DNA of 64,000 nucleotides from a virus. The position numbers and the translations under genes are program-made. The notes under the pieces were generated by a model. The model was given only the letters and a program-made list of their open reading frames with translations. It searched no databases and had not been told where the DNA came from. Shown piece by piece: positions 28,800-39,310 of this stretch. The stretch lies in IMG/VR virus record IMGVR_UViG_3300005613_000006, positions 96,001 to 160,000 of that record; one strand, given 5' to 3'. Every line of letters begins with the position of its first letter. Within the stretch, counting starts at the first letter, position 1.

Positions 28800-29414
28800 T
28801 CACTTCGCTCTAACTAGATTGTCAATATCTCCATGTTTCCCAGGCAAAATGTAGATTACACCACGACGCCTACCAATAGCTTTGTCGTTATAATAGTGTG
28901 TGAAATTTTCTCCATAAATACCAACAACACTATCTCTGATATAGTGCCAATCTAAGCGACACTGCTTTTGTGCGCGAGGACATCTGTGTGCATCAAAGCC
29001 AAATCCACGGTATGGATTATGTATATCGTGTATTACTATAACTGAGTTGTCTTCTTTGTGCTTAGCAATCACATCTAGTTCATCTAACAAGGGCCAATCT
29101 GTTCGGTCGTGTGCGTCCAAGTAAAACAAAACAGGACGCTGGGTCTTCTCGTCAGACAAGATTTGCCCCAAAACAAATTGAGATGAGCCATGTTCAGCAT
29201 TGATGTTTTTATGGCCAAGGTCGTTGAAAAACTTTTGGGCCTCACAAAAATATCCCCTGTGCTTTTCAATGGTACACACCACAGGAACCATCTTTGCTAA
29301 GGCAACTGCGGTATGTCCTTTATCAGTTCCAGTTTCAACAATAGTTTGAATATCGAACTGGCAAACTAGCTTTTCAATGCTGTATCCTATGTGTGTGTCA
29401 TCTTCAAATGCCAT
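28800..29414 (-). CDS. SAM-dependent methyltransferase-like protein
   Basis: VETGT, FYLDAH, VIHD. Confidence 0.75.
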   Translation of the reverse strand: MAFEDDTHIGYSIEKLVCQFDIQTIVETGTDKGHTAVALAKMVPVVCTIEKHRGYFCEAQKFFNDLGHKNINAEHGSSQFVLGQILSDEKTQRPVLFYLDAHDRTDWPLLDELDVIAKHKEDNSVIVIHDIHNPYRGFGFDAHRCPRAQKQCRLDWHYIRDSVVGIYGENFTHYYNDKAIGRRRGVIYILPGKHGDIDNLVRAK

Positions 29415-29607
29415 TTTGCGGCCCTTCTTTGATTGTATAATTAGAGATTTTTGTACACGAAATAAACTCGCGAACTTGTTCTAGTGTGAGTTGGTAGTCT
29501 TTGTTGTCGAGTCTTATTGATGTATTGACGCAATGAGGACACCTACACTGACATGCTGAACACACCTCAAACTTCATGTTGGGAATAACGCACATTGCAA
29601 TCTCCAA
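29404..29607 (-). pseudogene. truncated radical SAM N-terminus
   Basis: EVCSACQCRCPHC followed by early stop. Confidence 0.5.
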
Positions 29608-29611
29608 TCAG

Positions 29612-29686
29612 TGGGCCATACTGGATTTGAACCAGCGACTTCCGCGATGTCAACGCGACACTCTAACCGGACTGAGTTAACGGCCC
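29612..29686 (-). tRNA. tRNA-Val(GAC)
   Basis: Cloverleaf. Confidence 0.93.
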
Positions 29687-30489
29687 TACTGTACCCCTAA
29701 TATACTCTTACACCATTCTTTCCCGAAATGTGACCGGCAGAAGGCTCTCAGATTAGCCCCGTCTGGGCTCTGTCGCAGCCGTCCGAGCGTTTCTTTGGCA
29801 AATGAGGGGTTAATTACCTTGGAGCCCTGCGCTTTTAATAGAAGGGCTCTGGCGCGTTCACAGTGCCAGCGTATAAAAGTGGTCAACTCGGGGTCTTTAC
29901 CCCCCTCTAGCTGGGTAAGGACCAGAGCATAGTTGGTGAACTGAACCATCTTCTCAAGGTCGTGCCCGTAGCTCCGGTCGCCTCGTCGTAGCAATCCCTT
30001 CTCTTCCAGGTCAAGTATCGCAGCCACTCCGTTGGTGTACGACACCCATTCATCCAACACATACAGAGGCTCGTTGTTCCAATACTGCGTCTGTTGTCTA
30101 AGGTACAGGTTGTATCCATTCCCTCGTAGTGAAGCCGGAACCTTTCCAGCTATCTGATTCAGTGTCATCTGAGGATGCGTCAACACACAAAGACGACCCT
30201 TCAAAACGTAGAGACAGGCTTTGCCTTGGAAATACTGCCTCCATTTACTGTTCAATCCATGTGTTGTTTCGTGTGTCCAGGTAATCTGGTCGCTGTCGGT
30301 ATAGATATGCCCGCGCGGCATCCGACTCTCTACGTCCCCAAGGACGGCCCCGAGATTCTCCGAAACTTTCCGGCTCGGTTCTATATTATACCAGCCCGTT
30401 TGCTTTTGTCCAGTGGCTCCTACGAAAATAAAGCCAAGTAGAACTAGGAGCAACAATGCTCCAAGATAGGTTGTACGGCGTTCTCCCAT
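29686..30489 (-). CDS. exported protein, putative zincin metallopeptidase
   Basis: Signal/TM segment; HETTH and downstream DEW. Confidence 0.6.
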   Translation of the reverse strand: MGERRTTYLGALLLLVLLGFIFVGATGQKQTGWYNIEPSRKVSENLGAVLGDVESRMPRGHIYTDSDQITWTHETTHGLNSKWRQYFQGKACLYVLKGRLCVLTHPQMTLNQIAGKVPASLRGNGYNLYLRQQTQYWNNEPLYVLDEWVSYTNGVAAILDLEEKGLLRRGDRSYGHDLEKMVQFTNYALVLTQLEGGKDPELTTFIRWHCERARALLLKAQGSKVINPSFAKETLGRLRQSPDGANLRAFCRSHFGKEWCKSILGVQ

Positions 30490-31532
30490 GAAAATGTCTC
30501 CGCTATGTCGATGCCCCGCTCATTGGGGGCAAGTTCTCTCTCCTGCTTTTGCCTATGTAGCTCCCTCATGTGAACTACCAACTGCTCAATCTCGGCCTCT
30601 CCTAGCTCGGCCCAGTTTCCACCACCACCCTTGAAGAATACTCCATCGAACGCTTCTTCTTTGTTGGGGGTATCTATACATCGACATACAGAGTCATCAA
30701 TGAAATCCATGTGTGCTGTGTTGAACGTGGCGATAGCATTCTTGCCACACGCCAGCATTTCCAGCAACTCCAAGTTCCAACCTTCGGCGCGAGCGGGCCA
30801 CACGCCCACATCAGCCTCTCGCATCTTCTTCGCTATGTCTACCTGTGTGCGTTGGCGTGGGAATATCTGAACCTTGCCAGCCCGGCCCATCTTGGACTTC
30901 ATGTACATGTCTTCCCACTCTGCCGTTTGCTCCTTGGTCAGGAACGGATTGCTGGGAATCATCCACAGTCGCACTCGGTCCTTGGGTTCAAATGCCCTGT
31001 TGAAGGCGTCAATCAGAACGTCGTGTCCCTTCCGAACCTCCCACTTCCCTATATTCAAAAACACCGTGTATGAGTACGGGTTCAATTCTGCCGGGAAGAA
31101 GATGGAGCGGTCCACGCCGAGCCCAGTGGTCACCACCAACGGGCAGTCGTCGCCAAGTTCGTTGCATACCGTATCAAACGCCCAGTTAGAACACACGAAC
31201 AACACATCCTGGTTACGTAGATGATGCTTCTCTTCATCGGTGAACTGGTCTAGCTCAAAGATGGGGAAGACACATCGCTTGCCAGTCCCACAGTGGTGGG
31301 CGAGGTCGTGCTGATGCCAGATTCTCAGGCTGTTGCCCTCGGGATAGAACGGTCGGTCCAAGCAGCGTTGCACCAGGGCAACGTCCTCTTGTGGGGGGTC
31401 AGTCTTGATACCATGAAAGACCGGCAAGTAAGACGGCTTCTTACCAGCCTTCACCAGTTGCTTCAAGACGTTCAGTCCAACTATGCCGTAGCCTAGCTGG
31501 TTAATCGGCGCTGTTAGGTTTATCATCGCCAT
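30444..31532 (-). CDS. GT4-like glycosyltransferase
   Basis: GKWEVRKG, EGWNLELLE. Confidence 0.88.
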   Translation of the reverse strand: MAMINLTAPINQLGYGIVGLNVLKQLVKAGKKPSYLPVFHGIKTDPPQEDVALVQRCLDRPFYPEGNSLRIWHQHDLAHHCGTGKRCVFPIFELDQFTDEEKHHLRNQDVLFVCSNWAFDTVCNELGDDCPLVVTTGLGVDRSIFFPAELNPYSYTVFLNIGKWEVRKGHDVLIDAFNRAFEPKDRVRLWMIPSNPFLTKEQTAEWEDMYMKSKMGRAGKVQIFPRQRTQVDIAKKMREADVGVWPARAEGWNLELLEMLACGKNAIATFNTAHMDFIDDSVCRCIDTPNKEEAFDGVFFKGGGGNWAELGEAEIEQLVVHMRELHRQKQERELAPNERGIDIAETFSWENAVQPILEHCCS

Positions 31533-31836
31533 CCTGCCTTGCCTCCTCTATCCTTTTGCGTGTAAAATCCAACGCCATTCGTTCTGCCAGCGACAAGCCG
31601 ACAACCTCGGCCAGAATCGTGAGTTCTTCTAGCGTACTCTCTGAGTCTAATCCAAAGTCATGCATATCACCCTTGGTTATTGCTTCCTCGCCCTCACCGG
31701 CCTTGGCAGCAAACTTCTTCGGACCCTCAATGACGATACCTTGTTTGATGGCCTTCTTCTTCGCGCCTGGGCCAGTGTAACACTTGCCTTCTTTGCCCCA
31801 GCGCCAGCCACCCTCTCCGCATCTCTGTAATGGCAT
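31501..31836 (-). CDS. hypothetical phage protein
   Basis: WRWGKEGKCYTG. Confidence 0.6.
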   Translation of the reverse strand: MPLQRCGEGGWRWGKEGKCYTGPGAKKKAIKQGIVIEGPKKFAAKAGEGEEAITKGDMHDFGLDSESTLEELTILAEVVGLSLAERMALDFTRKRIEEARQDGDDKPNSAD

Positions 31837-31837
31837 G

Positions 31838-32659
31838 TTATGCCTCCTCTTGTTTCAGTACGATTCTCTTGATGCCACCCATGTACTCAGCCACTTCGCT
31901 GAAACTACTTGGGCCTGCCAGGATGTATTGGCATCTGCTAAGCAAGTGCATTTCTACAGCGGCATCTTGAACAGGCAAATCATTGTCCGTGCGAAAGTCA
32001 GAACAGCCGTAGTGAATCACTCTGCCTGGATACTTTGCCTTGAAGCTATTAATGACGGCTGGACCGTTGGTTGCTAGGAGTATCGGTCTGTCTTCGTCTT
32101 GCAGGGCTTCGTGATACTGGTCTTCGTTTACCCATCTGTCCTTCCACTGTGGCCTACCAATATCTCCACGTCGGACATGAACCCCGACACACTCTCTGAG
32201 CGGATAGGTTTCAGCAAACCCTCTTACCTTGTCAACAATGTAGGGGTGCCACTGCATCTTGTTTTTCAAGATAGCTCCGTACTTCTTGCGGAAGTGGCGG
32301 CGCTTGCCTCCTACCTCGTCTTCGTCGCCCAGGTAACCCCAACACCAGATATTGTACACAACAACATCAACATCAACAAACTGTTCTCTCAACACGGTCG
32401 AATTGGTAATCTCTGATACGGGCCAGCCCTCATACTTCTTGGTGAAGTAATCCAAGGCCCCGTCTTTGTGTGCCGACTCGTAGACCGAGAAGCCGTTGTT
32501 GATAAACAGAGAGTTGAATGCGGCTCCCATCTTGTTGTAGCGGGTCCAGTATATGTCAAGGTAGCGGTCGAGGTCTTGTGCAATATGAATGCTGGTTGCC
32601 AGTGAACGCAAGCGATTACCCAAGCCCCCCTTTGCTACATATCCTAGAACTTTCTTCAT
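31838..32659 (-). CDS. fucosyltransferase-like (GT11/NodZ clan)
   Basis: GGLGNRL, GVHVRRGD, SSFS. Confidence 0.85.
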   Translation of the reverse strand: MKKVLGYVAKGGLGNRLRSLATSIHIAQDLDRYLDIYWTRYNKMGAAFNSLFINNGFSVYESAHKDGALDYFTKKYEGWPVSEITNSTVLREQFVDVDVVVYNIWCWGYLGDEDEVGGKRRHFRKKYGAILKNKMQWHPYIVDKVRGFAETYPLRECVGVHVRRGDIGRPQWKDRWVNEDQYHEALQDEDRPILLATNGPAVINSFKAKYPGRVIHYGCSDFRTDNDLPVQDAAVEMHLLSRCQYILAGPSSFSEVAEYMGGIKRIVLKQEEA

Positions 32660-33717
32660 GTGTCTTCCTCGCGATTGACAAAGAACTCTTTCACCCACTG
32701 TTTGAACGCCTGACCGTCTTTGGACAGCTTGTACAAACCGTTGGCCTTCTTCGTCAAGTCCCTTGTCGGGTCAAAGTCTAGCTCGCGAAACTTGAGTAGT
32801 CTGGTGCCATGTTGTCGAGCATCGCGAGAGCCATGATACAGGTGAAACACTTCCCCTTCAACATGGGCAAAACTGTGTCGAATGTAGCGTTGGCATTCTT
32901 CGGCCCAGGAGTAGTACATCCTACTGTGGGTGCCGCTATACTCTTGCTTGGCGTTAAGTTGTTCCTCTATCACCATCTTGGCTATCAACATATCTCCGCT
33001 GCCGATAACACACGTATCCAATAGTCCCCCTATCCGCAGAAGCACGTCTTTTCTAAACGCACAGGCATAACCTGGGTGGCCATACTCGGCATCTTGGCCA
33101 TAGATGCGGTCCACATACTCTTTTATGAAGCCCTTGATTTCATCACAGTCTCCAGTGTGTGCTGGAATATCGGTCAGCCCTGGCGGCATTCGGTAGCCAT
33201 AGCTATACGGTTGTACAACCATGTAGCTGTGCAATAGCTCTGACGTTTGCTCAACCCAATCATCTTGCTGGAACATCACGTCGCAGTCTACCCAACACAC
33301 CTTGTCACAGTCTTCGGGTAGGTGTTGCACACCGATATTCAGCAACGCCTCTTTTTGCCAGAGTATCTCGTCGTCGTCAGTAATCTGTAAGAGGTTGTGT
33401 GGCCTAAGATACTTCTGCAAGCGAAGCTGCTCTGGTCGCCCCGCCAATTCTACAATCAGGGTATCGGGACACTGCGTAATAAACCTATCGTAGAAACGCA
33501 GGAAGTTCGTCAGTCTACTATCAAAACCCATAGGATTGAAGTAACAACTAACACCCCACAATGACCCACGGGATTCAGTCGGAATCCTTGTGGGCATCCT
33601 TGGTGTCCAATCTTTTATCGAAACAGGAGCCTCTTTGACTGGCGCTGTCTGTCGCTTTGGCTTTGGCCCACTAGGTTTCTTTGCTTTAGCTGTGATGTTC
33701 GTGATGCGCATTGGCAT
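32656..33717 (-). CDS. GT-A fold glycosyltransferase-like
   Basis: WQKEALLN, WVDCDV, FHLYHG. Confidence 0.75.
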   Translation of the reverse strand: MPMRITNITAKAKKPSGPKPKRQTAPVKEAPVSIKDWTPRMPTRIPTESRGSLWGVSCYFNPMGFDSRLTNFLRFYDRFITQCPDTLIVELAGRPEQLRLQKYLRPHNLLQITDDDEILWQKEALLNIGVQHLPEDCDKVCWVDCDVMFQQDDWVEQTSELLHSYMVVQPYSYGYRMPPGLTDIPAHTGDCDEIKGFIKEYVDRIYGQDAEYGHPGYACAFRKDVLLRIGGLLDTCVIGSGDMLIAKMVIEEQLNAKQEYSGTHSRMYYSWAEECQRYIRHSFAHVEGEVFHLYHGSRDARQHGTRLLKFRELDFDPTRDLTKKANGLYKLSKDGQAFKQWVKEFFVNREEDT

Positions 33718-34369
33718 TGCTATATTTCTCGTATGCGCGGGTTAGTTTTTTCGGTCCTTTAAGGTCATGGATTGATACTGCGTCTACTTCTGTATCAAAG
33801 TGTTCAACGGTGTTAAAATGATGGCACCCAGGTAAGTGCGTTGGGAAAATTTCTAACTTAGACAACATATCAGACAACCAACAGTCTTCATGGAATGTGA
33901 TTTCTAAAGCAGGCAGACGACGCAAAAAAGTTGTCAGCTTGTGCAAACACGAACGACTCAAAAAAACCGCCCCTCCTCCAATCCATTTGATGGGTTGGCG
34001 ACTAGACCCAAAATGCTTGATGACGTTATCAATGTCTCCCATATACAAAGGCTCATCTATGTCATATTGAGACAGAGCCTTTAACATGGCGTCAACAAAT
34101 AGGCATGAATCATCATCAACCTTTACAAACCACTTCTTATCACCATGATAAGCTCTCATATATTGAAGTGTCATAAAGGTCTTTATGCTTAATTGGTTCC
34201 GGTAAATCACTCCTAGATTGATGCAGTTTGGCAAATCCGAACAGTTTTCGTCCGATATGAAGTAGACATTTGACAATCCCCGTGCCCATGTGTCGCGTAT
34301 AGCCAAGGCCAATTTACGTCGTTTCTTACACGTACTAACGTAGATTACAACATCGTCTATGGTTAACAT
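33686..34369 (-). CDS. GT31/Fringe-like glycosyltransferase
   Basis: WFVKVDDD, GGGAVFLS, HED. Confidence 0.85.
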   Translation of the reverse strand: MLTIDDVVIYVSTCKKRRKLALAIRDTWARGLSNVYFISDENCSDLPNCINLGVIYRNQLSIKTFMTLQYMRAYHGDKKWFVKVDDDSCLFVDAMLKALSQYDIDEPLYMGDIDNVIKHFGSSRQPIKWIGGGAVFLSRSCLHKLTTFLRRLPALEITFHEDCWLSDMLSKLEIFPTHLPGCHHFNTVEHFDTEVDAVSIHDLKGPKKLTRAYEKYSNANAHHEHHS

Positions 34370-34385
34370 TTGTTCTCCCCTCAAG

Positions 34386-34466
34386 CGGAAGGCAAGGGAC
34401 TCGAACCCTCAACCCTTTCGGGCACCCCGGTTCCAACGGGGCTCCTAGCCAATTCGGATACCTTCC
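34386..34466 (-). tRNA. tRNA-Ser(GGA)
   Basis: Cloverleaf. Confidence 0.9.
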
Positions 34467-34504
34467 AGTTCCCGTTCGGACATATCTTACTTCTTATGGG
34501 GGGT

Positions 34505-34882
34505 CTAAGTGTTGCAAAATGATGCAATTTCAGACCTGATATTCCCGTTCGGGTCAATGGCAACAAGGCACCCATCAATCTCAGCACGGCGTCTGATTCC
34601 TAACAAAGAATAGATTGCCAGCAAAATCTCGATGAAATCCTGACGGCGGGTGACGGTCCACTCATAGAGTGGCTTGTGGTTACGGTCAGGGTCTCCTTCA
34701 ACAGGGCCTCGAATATGCCCTATGTCGAACATCATACAACGTCTTACCACATCCTCGTCGGTCATTCGGATACGAAAAAACACTTTGTTTTTACCGATGT
34801 AACCTTCACCCTCCGCTAAACCAGCTAGCCATGCTAGATTGATGGGTGTCCAATGCTGCTTGTCAATGTGTCGATATTTCAT
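34505..34882 (-). CDS. single-motif LAGLIDADG endonuclease
   Basis: WLAGLAEGEG, MTDEDVV. Confidence 0.8.
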   Translation of the reverse strand: MKYRHIDKQHWTPINLAWLAGLAEGEGYIGKNKVFFRIRMTDEDVVRRCMMFDIGHIRGPVEGDPDRNHKPLYEWTVTRRQDFIEILLAIYSLLGIRRRAEIDGCLVAIDPNGNIRSEIASFCNT

Positions 34883-34937
34883 GGCGTATTCCTCCTAGAG
34901 ATTATACACCAAATGTTACCGCACAGTGACATTTCAG

Positions 34938-35363
34938 CTAGAACGGCACTTCGCCGTCCTTACCACCTTCACTCTTTCCGCTGGATTCGGGCTGTGAAGC
35001 TGGGGCACCACCGCCCCCGCCGCCACCGCCGCCGCCCTTTCGGTCGAGCATTTGCATACGCTCCCCGATGACTTTCAGCTTGGAGCGCTTGGCACCATCA
35101 TCGGTTTCCCAAGTGTCCAGTTTGAGGCGACCCTCAATCAAAACACATGAGCCCTTTTTCAGGTACTCACCAGCAACTTCGGCTGTACGAGCCCACAATG
35201 TCACATCGACAAAGGTAACCTCGTCTTCCCATTTGTCGTTACGCTTGATGCGGTCGTTAATCGCCAAGCCCAAATCGCACACGGCGGTGCCACTTGGAAT
35301 GTAACGTACTTCTGGGTCTCGGGTAACATTCCCAACCAAAACAACGCGGTTGAAACTAGCCAT
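34938..35363 (-). CDS. ssb: single-stranded DNA-binding protein
   Basis: [14 protein letters not shown], acidic tail ending VPF. Confidence 0.96.
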   Translation of the reverse strand: MASFNRVVLVGNVTRDPEVRYIPSGTAVCDLGLAINDRIKRNDKWEDEVTFVDVTLWARTAEVAGEYLKKGSCVLIEGRLKLDTWETDDGAKRSKLKVIGERMQMLDRKGGGGGGGGGGAPASQPESSGKSEGGKDGEVPF

Positions 35364-35437
35364 AACACAAACTCCTTCTTCAAAAAAGTAATGAGAGATG
35401 CAGCGCCAAGCTGCACCGAACTAAAGTAAGGACTGAT

Positions 35438-36286
35438 TCAGTCCTTGATATACTGTGTCGCCTTTCCACGGTCTGACAAAATCGTTAGAGGAATGTTTCC
35501 CATTAGACAGGCCGCTTGGTTGAAATTGCTTTTGCCAGCAATAATTTGTTTGCACCTCGACATTATCAACAGTTCAATCATAGCGTATTCAATAGCTCCG
35601 GCATGGCGACCATATTGTTGCCCTTGGTGTTTGAGCCTCAATACTTCTCCATATTGTTTTTCAAACTCTTCAATCGCTTGGTCGCCCTCTGCAAACAACG
35701 CAATGCTGTTAGTCAAGTTGTTGTCTTCAATGTACTGAAAGTAAGTGTTGTTTGACACGAATCTACAATGATGTGGGGCTCCTGGGCGCTCTATGTCACC
35801 GCGTCTAATATGGACTGCTGTTTTGTCGGACAGGTCGTGTTCTTGGCAAAAATCATCTGCTGCTTTCCAAACATGGTAATTCCATTCTATAAGGTTGTTA
35901 GCAACATAACTGAGTTCACTACGCCATGTCTTCAACTCCTCATTTGGAAAACGCCAGGGCCACATAACTGGAAACTTGCAGTAAATTGCAGTTTCCTTAA
36001 TGTCTTCCACGTTAACTCCAGGGAGTGGATTGACAATGCGATAAACACTATCTCCAAACAGCCTCTCTATTTCATCTTCTCCGTGGTTGCGGGCGGGGTT
36101 TAAGGGTTGTATCAATCTATTGGGGCAAACAACCCTTCGCATTGGAACACGACAGTGGTTGGGCTTCTCAGTCCAACAACACAAGTGCTTCAAACCATAA
36201 ACATGGGCCATTCTAGCAGCAATGACCAAATGCACTACTCTTGCCCCCAATCCATCTCCACGATTGGTTATAACGTACTCTGCCAT
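35438..36286 (-). CDS. fucosyltransferase-like (GT11/NodZ clan)
   Basis: DGLGAR, HIRRGD, SNF. Confidence 0.82.
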   Translation of the reverse strand: MAEYVITNRGDGLGARVVHLVIAARMAHVYGLKHLCCWTEKPNHCRVPMRRVVCPNRLIQPLNPARNHGEDEIERLFGDSVYRIVNPLPGVNVEDIKETAIYCKFPVMWPWRFPNEELKTWRSELSYVANNLIEWNYHVWKAADDFCQEHDLSDKTAVHIRRGDIERPGAPHHCRFVSNNTYFQYIEDNNLTNSIALFAEGDQAIEEFEKQYGEVLRLKHQGQQYGRHAGAIEYAMIELLIMSRCKQIIAGKSNFNQAACLMGNIPLTILSDRGKATQYIKD

Positions 36287-36299
36287 AATTCCCTCCAAG

Positions 36300-36370
36300 A
36301 GCGGCTACGGGGAATCGAACCCCGATGTTCGGCTTGGGAAGCCGTTGCACTGCCATTGTGCTATAGCCGC
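36300..36370 (-). tRNA. tRNA-Gly(CCC)
   Basis: Cloverleaf. Confidence 0.92.
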
Positions 36371-36698
36371 GCTAGCGCGGGCAATACGTGCAAGTGACAG
36401 AAATAGCTGCGCCATTAACACACGTTTCCCGCGTAGTTCGAGAAGTAGGCGGCGGCAGTCCCAAGTTAAGGTGGCTCACAAATAGAACCATGATAGCCTC
36501 ACCGGCTTGTCGCCCGCTCAACCCTCTGCTTGTTTTTTAGGAGGTTTGCAAGCGCCTCACAGAATTCATTATCATATTCTAATAATTGTAATTACGAGCA
36601 GCTTGTACCCGTCGCGTAAACTCAAGCCCCTATTTGACGATAGGCTCTATTGTCCGTACCGCGTTCACGGCTGTCACGCAGCCTAAGCTAGCAACTAC

Positions 36699-37394
36699 TT
36701 AGGCCCCAGCCTCTTCCACTTTACTTTGTTCTATCACGCCTTTCACGTATTGCAACATGGCTATCTTGTTAGGTACGCCCATTGTCCAATTTGCGTGGTG
36801 CATCAATATGTTGCGCGGAACATTCAACCCATGTCCTGGCTTCCATATACGTCTAGGACACCAAAATTGTTTTGCGTCAAGCAGCTTCCATCTAAACAAA
36901 GAGTTGTGATTATTAACGGCGTCTTGGTCATTGCCTTGGAAGATGCCTCTGCATTCATTAACAGCGTCTTGGTCTCCATATCTACGACCTTTGCTTCGCT
37001 CCATCAGTTCAATACACTTTTTGAAAACCTCTTTCATTGTGTCATTAGCTCGACAAATGAAAAACCCAGTACATAATGTAGAACCACTGTCTTTTTGTGC
37101 CGCAAGGTCACAATCATCTATGGCTTCCAATAGTATAGCTTTCGTGGGTCCAAAGAATTGTATGTCACAGTCTGAAAACACAAAATATCCGCCATAGTTT
37201 TCATCAATGGCGTCGAGTAGAATGTTAAACGTATGAGTGACGGTCTCTGCAAAACCAGGGGTCATAAATGTTCCGCTGCCTATTTGAGGAAACTGCTTCA
37301 CGGTTAACAGATACTCATTAGGTATCAACGACGGCAAGAAGTAGTCGTACATCATTTGCCGATGAGACTCAGTGAACATAGTGTACATTCGCAT
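36699..37394 (-). CDS. nucleotide-diphospho-sugar transferase (GT77-like)
   Basis: FSDCDI, CTGFF, DQD, HHANW. Confidence 0.85.
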   Translation of the reverse strand: MRMYTMFTESHRQMMYDYFLPSLIPNEYLLTVKQFPQIGSGTFMTPGFAETVTHTFNILLDAIDENYGGYFVFSDCDIQFFGPTKAILLEAIDDCDLAAQKDSGSTLCTGFFICRANDTMKEVFKKCIELMERSKGRRYGDQDAVNECRGIFQGNDQDAVNNHNSLFRWKLLDAKQFWCPRRIWKPGHGLNVPRNILMHHANWTMGVPNKIAMLQYVKGVIEQSKVEEAGA

Positions 37395-37396
37395 TG

Positions 37397-37735
37397 TTAT
37401 GCTTTCTCCGCAAAACCACAGGCTATCAAGGTCTCCGACAGATTGTTTCCGTTAATCCAAATCTCCCCCAATATCCTCTCAAAGCTGTGTATGTCTCCCA
37501 GTTGTAGATTGCTGCGCCCCGGCGGAACAAACAGGAGAACCTTGCCTTCGTAGGTGTCGAGTAGTTGAGTCACATGTTTGAAAGCCTTGGCGCTTATCTC
37601 TTTGTCTCTGTCGGGCACATTGCAGCCGAGCAGTCGAATCTTGACGGTGCGCTTAACTTCAACCTCAAGTGTGTCGGCATCAATTACCCGCACTACCTTT
37701 GCTTCGGTGGCTACGCCTTTTCTTGGTTCATTCAT
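37397..37735 (-). CDS. thermonuclease (SNase) family protein
   Basis: VVRVIDADT, IRLLG, RILG, LIACGFA. Confidence 0.8.
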   Translation of the reverse strand: MNEPRKGVATEAKVVRVIDADTLEVEVKRTVKIRLLGCNVPDRDKEISAKAFKHVTQLLDTYEGKVLLFVPPGRSNLQLGDIHSFERILGEIWINGNNLSETLIACGFAEKA

Positions 37736-38438
37736 GTGTGCTTACTTTCTGTAGTTCTTCCAGGTCGCAGCCCTTGCCATACCCCCACGTTTTCTCGCCA
37801 CTCTTTAAGTCTGATGGGCTAACCTTAACGTAGTGTTGTTCACAGCCAAGTCTGTCTCTGTGGGGACTATACGTTTTGAACTTAACTCGATGCACATGTG
37901 TGGCTTTGACAGTATGACATGGATTAAACAATCTCAGCCCGGCCCTATGAGCCCAGCTAGCTATCAAATTGTCGCAGCCAGGCTTGCCCAAGTAAAAGTC
38001 CGTGTTCTCCAGCAATACCGGATGGGCTGGTGCTACAAATACCCAGGCGTCTTGCGTTCGGTGTGGGTTTGGTATTCGCACCAACGGCTCGCCTTCATAT
38101 TTCTCCCAGCGAGATAGACACACAAAGTAGTGGGGGTTATGAAACTGTTCTAGCTCCGCAATGGATTCGTCAAACGCTATGTCAGCATTGACAATACAAC
38201 ACAGCGTATTTGGTAACAGTTGCTCGGTGGCATATTGGAACAGCGTCTTAAAAGTCGGTCTCTCGTCCAACTCTTTCAACACCAGTTTTTGATGCTCACG
38301 TATCTGAGCCCCTTTATCCGCCAGCGATATAACTGCATCTATGTGGGGATTCTCCAGGTTTCGACACAGCGCCTCGGCATATTCCTCGTTGCGTTGTTCA
38401 CTTGAAACACATGGCGAATTGATAATCAAGGTAATCAT
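37728..38438 (-). CDS. glycosyltransferase-like protein
   Basis: VNADI, LSRW, QDAW, GCDN. Confidence 0.75.
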   Translation of the reverse strand: MITLIINSPCVSSEQRNEEYAEALCRNLENPHIDAVISLADKGAQIREHQKLVLKELDERPTFKTLFQYATEQLLPNTLCCIVNADIAFDESIAELEQFHNPHYFVCLSRWEKYEGEPLVRIPNPHRTQDAWVFVAPAHPVLLENTDFYLGKPGCDNLIASWAHRAGLRLFNPCHTVKATHVHRVKFKTYSPHRDRLGCEQHYVKVSPSDLKSGEKTWGYGKGCDLEELQKVSTHE

Positions 38439-38851
38439 TTGTCGCCTGGGATACGTCCACAGTTAGGAACAACGTAGGGAACAAACTCTTTGGGTTGGTC
38501 ATTCATCGGAATATCCAACGGGAACACTGGAGGGTCTGGAAGTTGGGGAAGTTTCTGCCCCGAGCCATCGCCCTCTAGTTCTGGTCCCCAGATTATGTCC
38601 ATCATTCCTGGGCTGTCGCTTTGTAGCAAGTCACTTAGATGCCCGCTTCCGTTTACGCATGGGTGGTATTCCCAGCCTATACACGGGTCGAAAAGCAGCG
38701 GCCCCTTCATCGCTATGTGTCGATAGTCGTTGTCATAGTCTCGTTCCTCTGGCTCTGGCAGTTTGTCGCGCGGCTCTGTTATGGCCTTAGCCGCCGCCAG
38801 TGGAGCTAGGGCTATCCCAATCCACGTTGCCATAAATCCTCGTCTGTCCAT
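38435..38851 (-). CDS. hypothetical protein with twin-arginine signal
   Basis: MDRRGFM followed by hydrophobic segment. Confidence 0.6.
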   Translation of the reverse strand: MDRRGFMATWIGIALAPLAAAKAITEPRDKLPEPEERDYDNDYRHIAMKGPLLFDPCIGWEYHPCVNGSGHLSDLLQSDSPGMMDIIWGPELEGDGSGQKLPQLPDPPVFPLDIPMNDQPKEFVPYVVPNCGRIPGDK

Positions 38852-38861
38852 CCTTCTCTCC

Positions 38862-39074
38862 CTACATTAAACAAAGCAGTAGCATTAGCACACAGCCACT
38901 ACATGTTAGAAATGTGCGATACTCTACTCCTTCGGGAGCAAGTCCCTCGGGTGTAAATGCGTCTTCCGCAGCCCGATACTCTTCTATGGTACGGTACTGC
39001 TCTGGCTTTGGTGGGTTGTCGCGAATCTTCTGAGCCGCAATCTCACCCGCACTTTTCTTTTTTCTTCCAAACAT
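38862..39074 (-). CDS. hypothetical protein
   Basis: ORF. Confidence 0.45.
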   Translation of the reverse strand: MFGRKKKSAGEIAAQKIRDNPPKPEQYRTIEEYRAAEDAFTPEGLAPEGVEYRTFLTCSGCVLMLLLCLM

Positions 39075-39089
39075 TGCTTGTCCTCTCAG

Positions 39090-39158
39090 TGGAGCGTAAG
39101 GGAATCGAACCCTTCTGCCTTCGGTGCGAGCGAAAGCCCTAGCCCACTACGACGCCCC
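39090..39158 (-). tRNA. tRNA-Ala(CGC), reduced D arm
   Basis: G3:U70 pair. Confidence 0.8.
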
Positions 39159-39310
39159 AGTAGTGGCGAATTTGTAGAACAGATTGCAACGCTGTCTGAC
39201 GATGAACTGGTTGCGAATGGTTCTACTGGCCGAGTCACGGTTGCTATTGTATGCTTCGTCATGTGCAGGGACAATGTGAGAGCCGAGAGTCGTCGCCACT
39301 AACCATGTCT

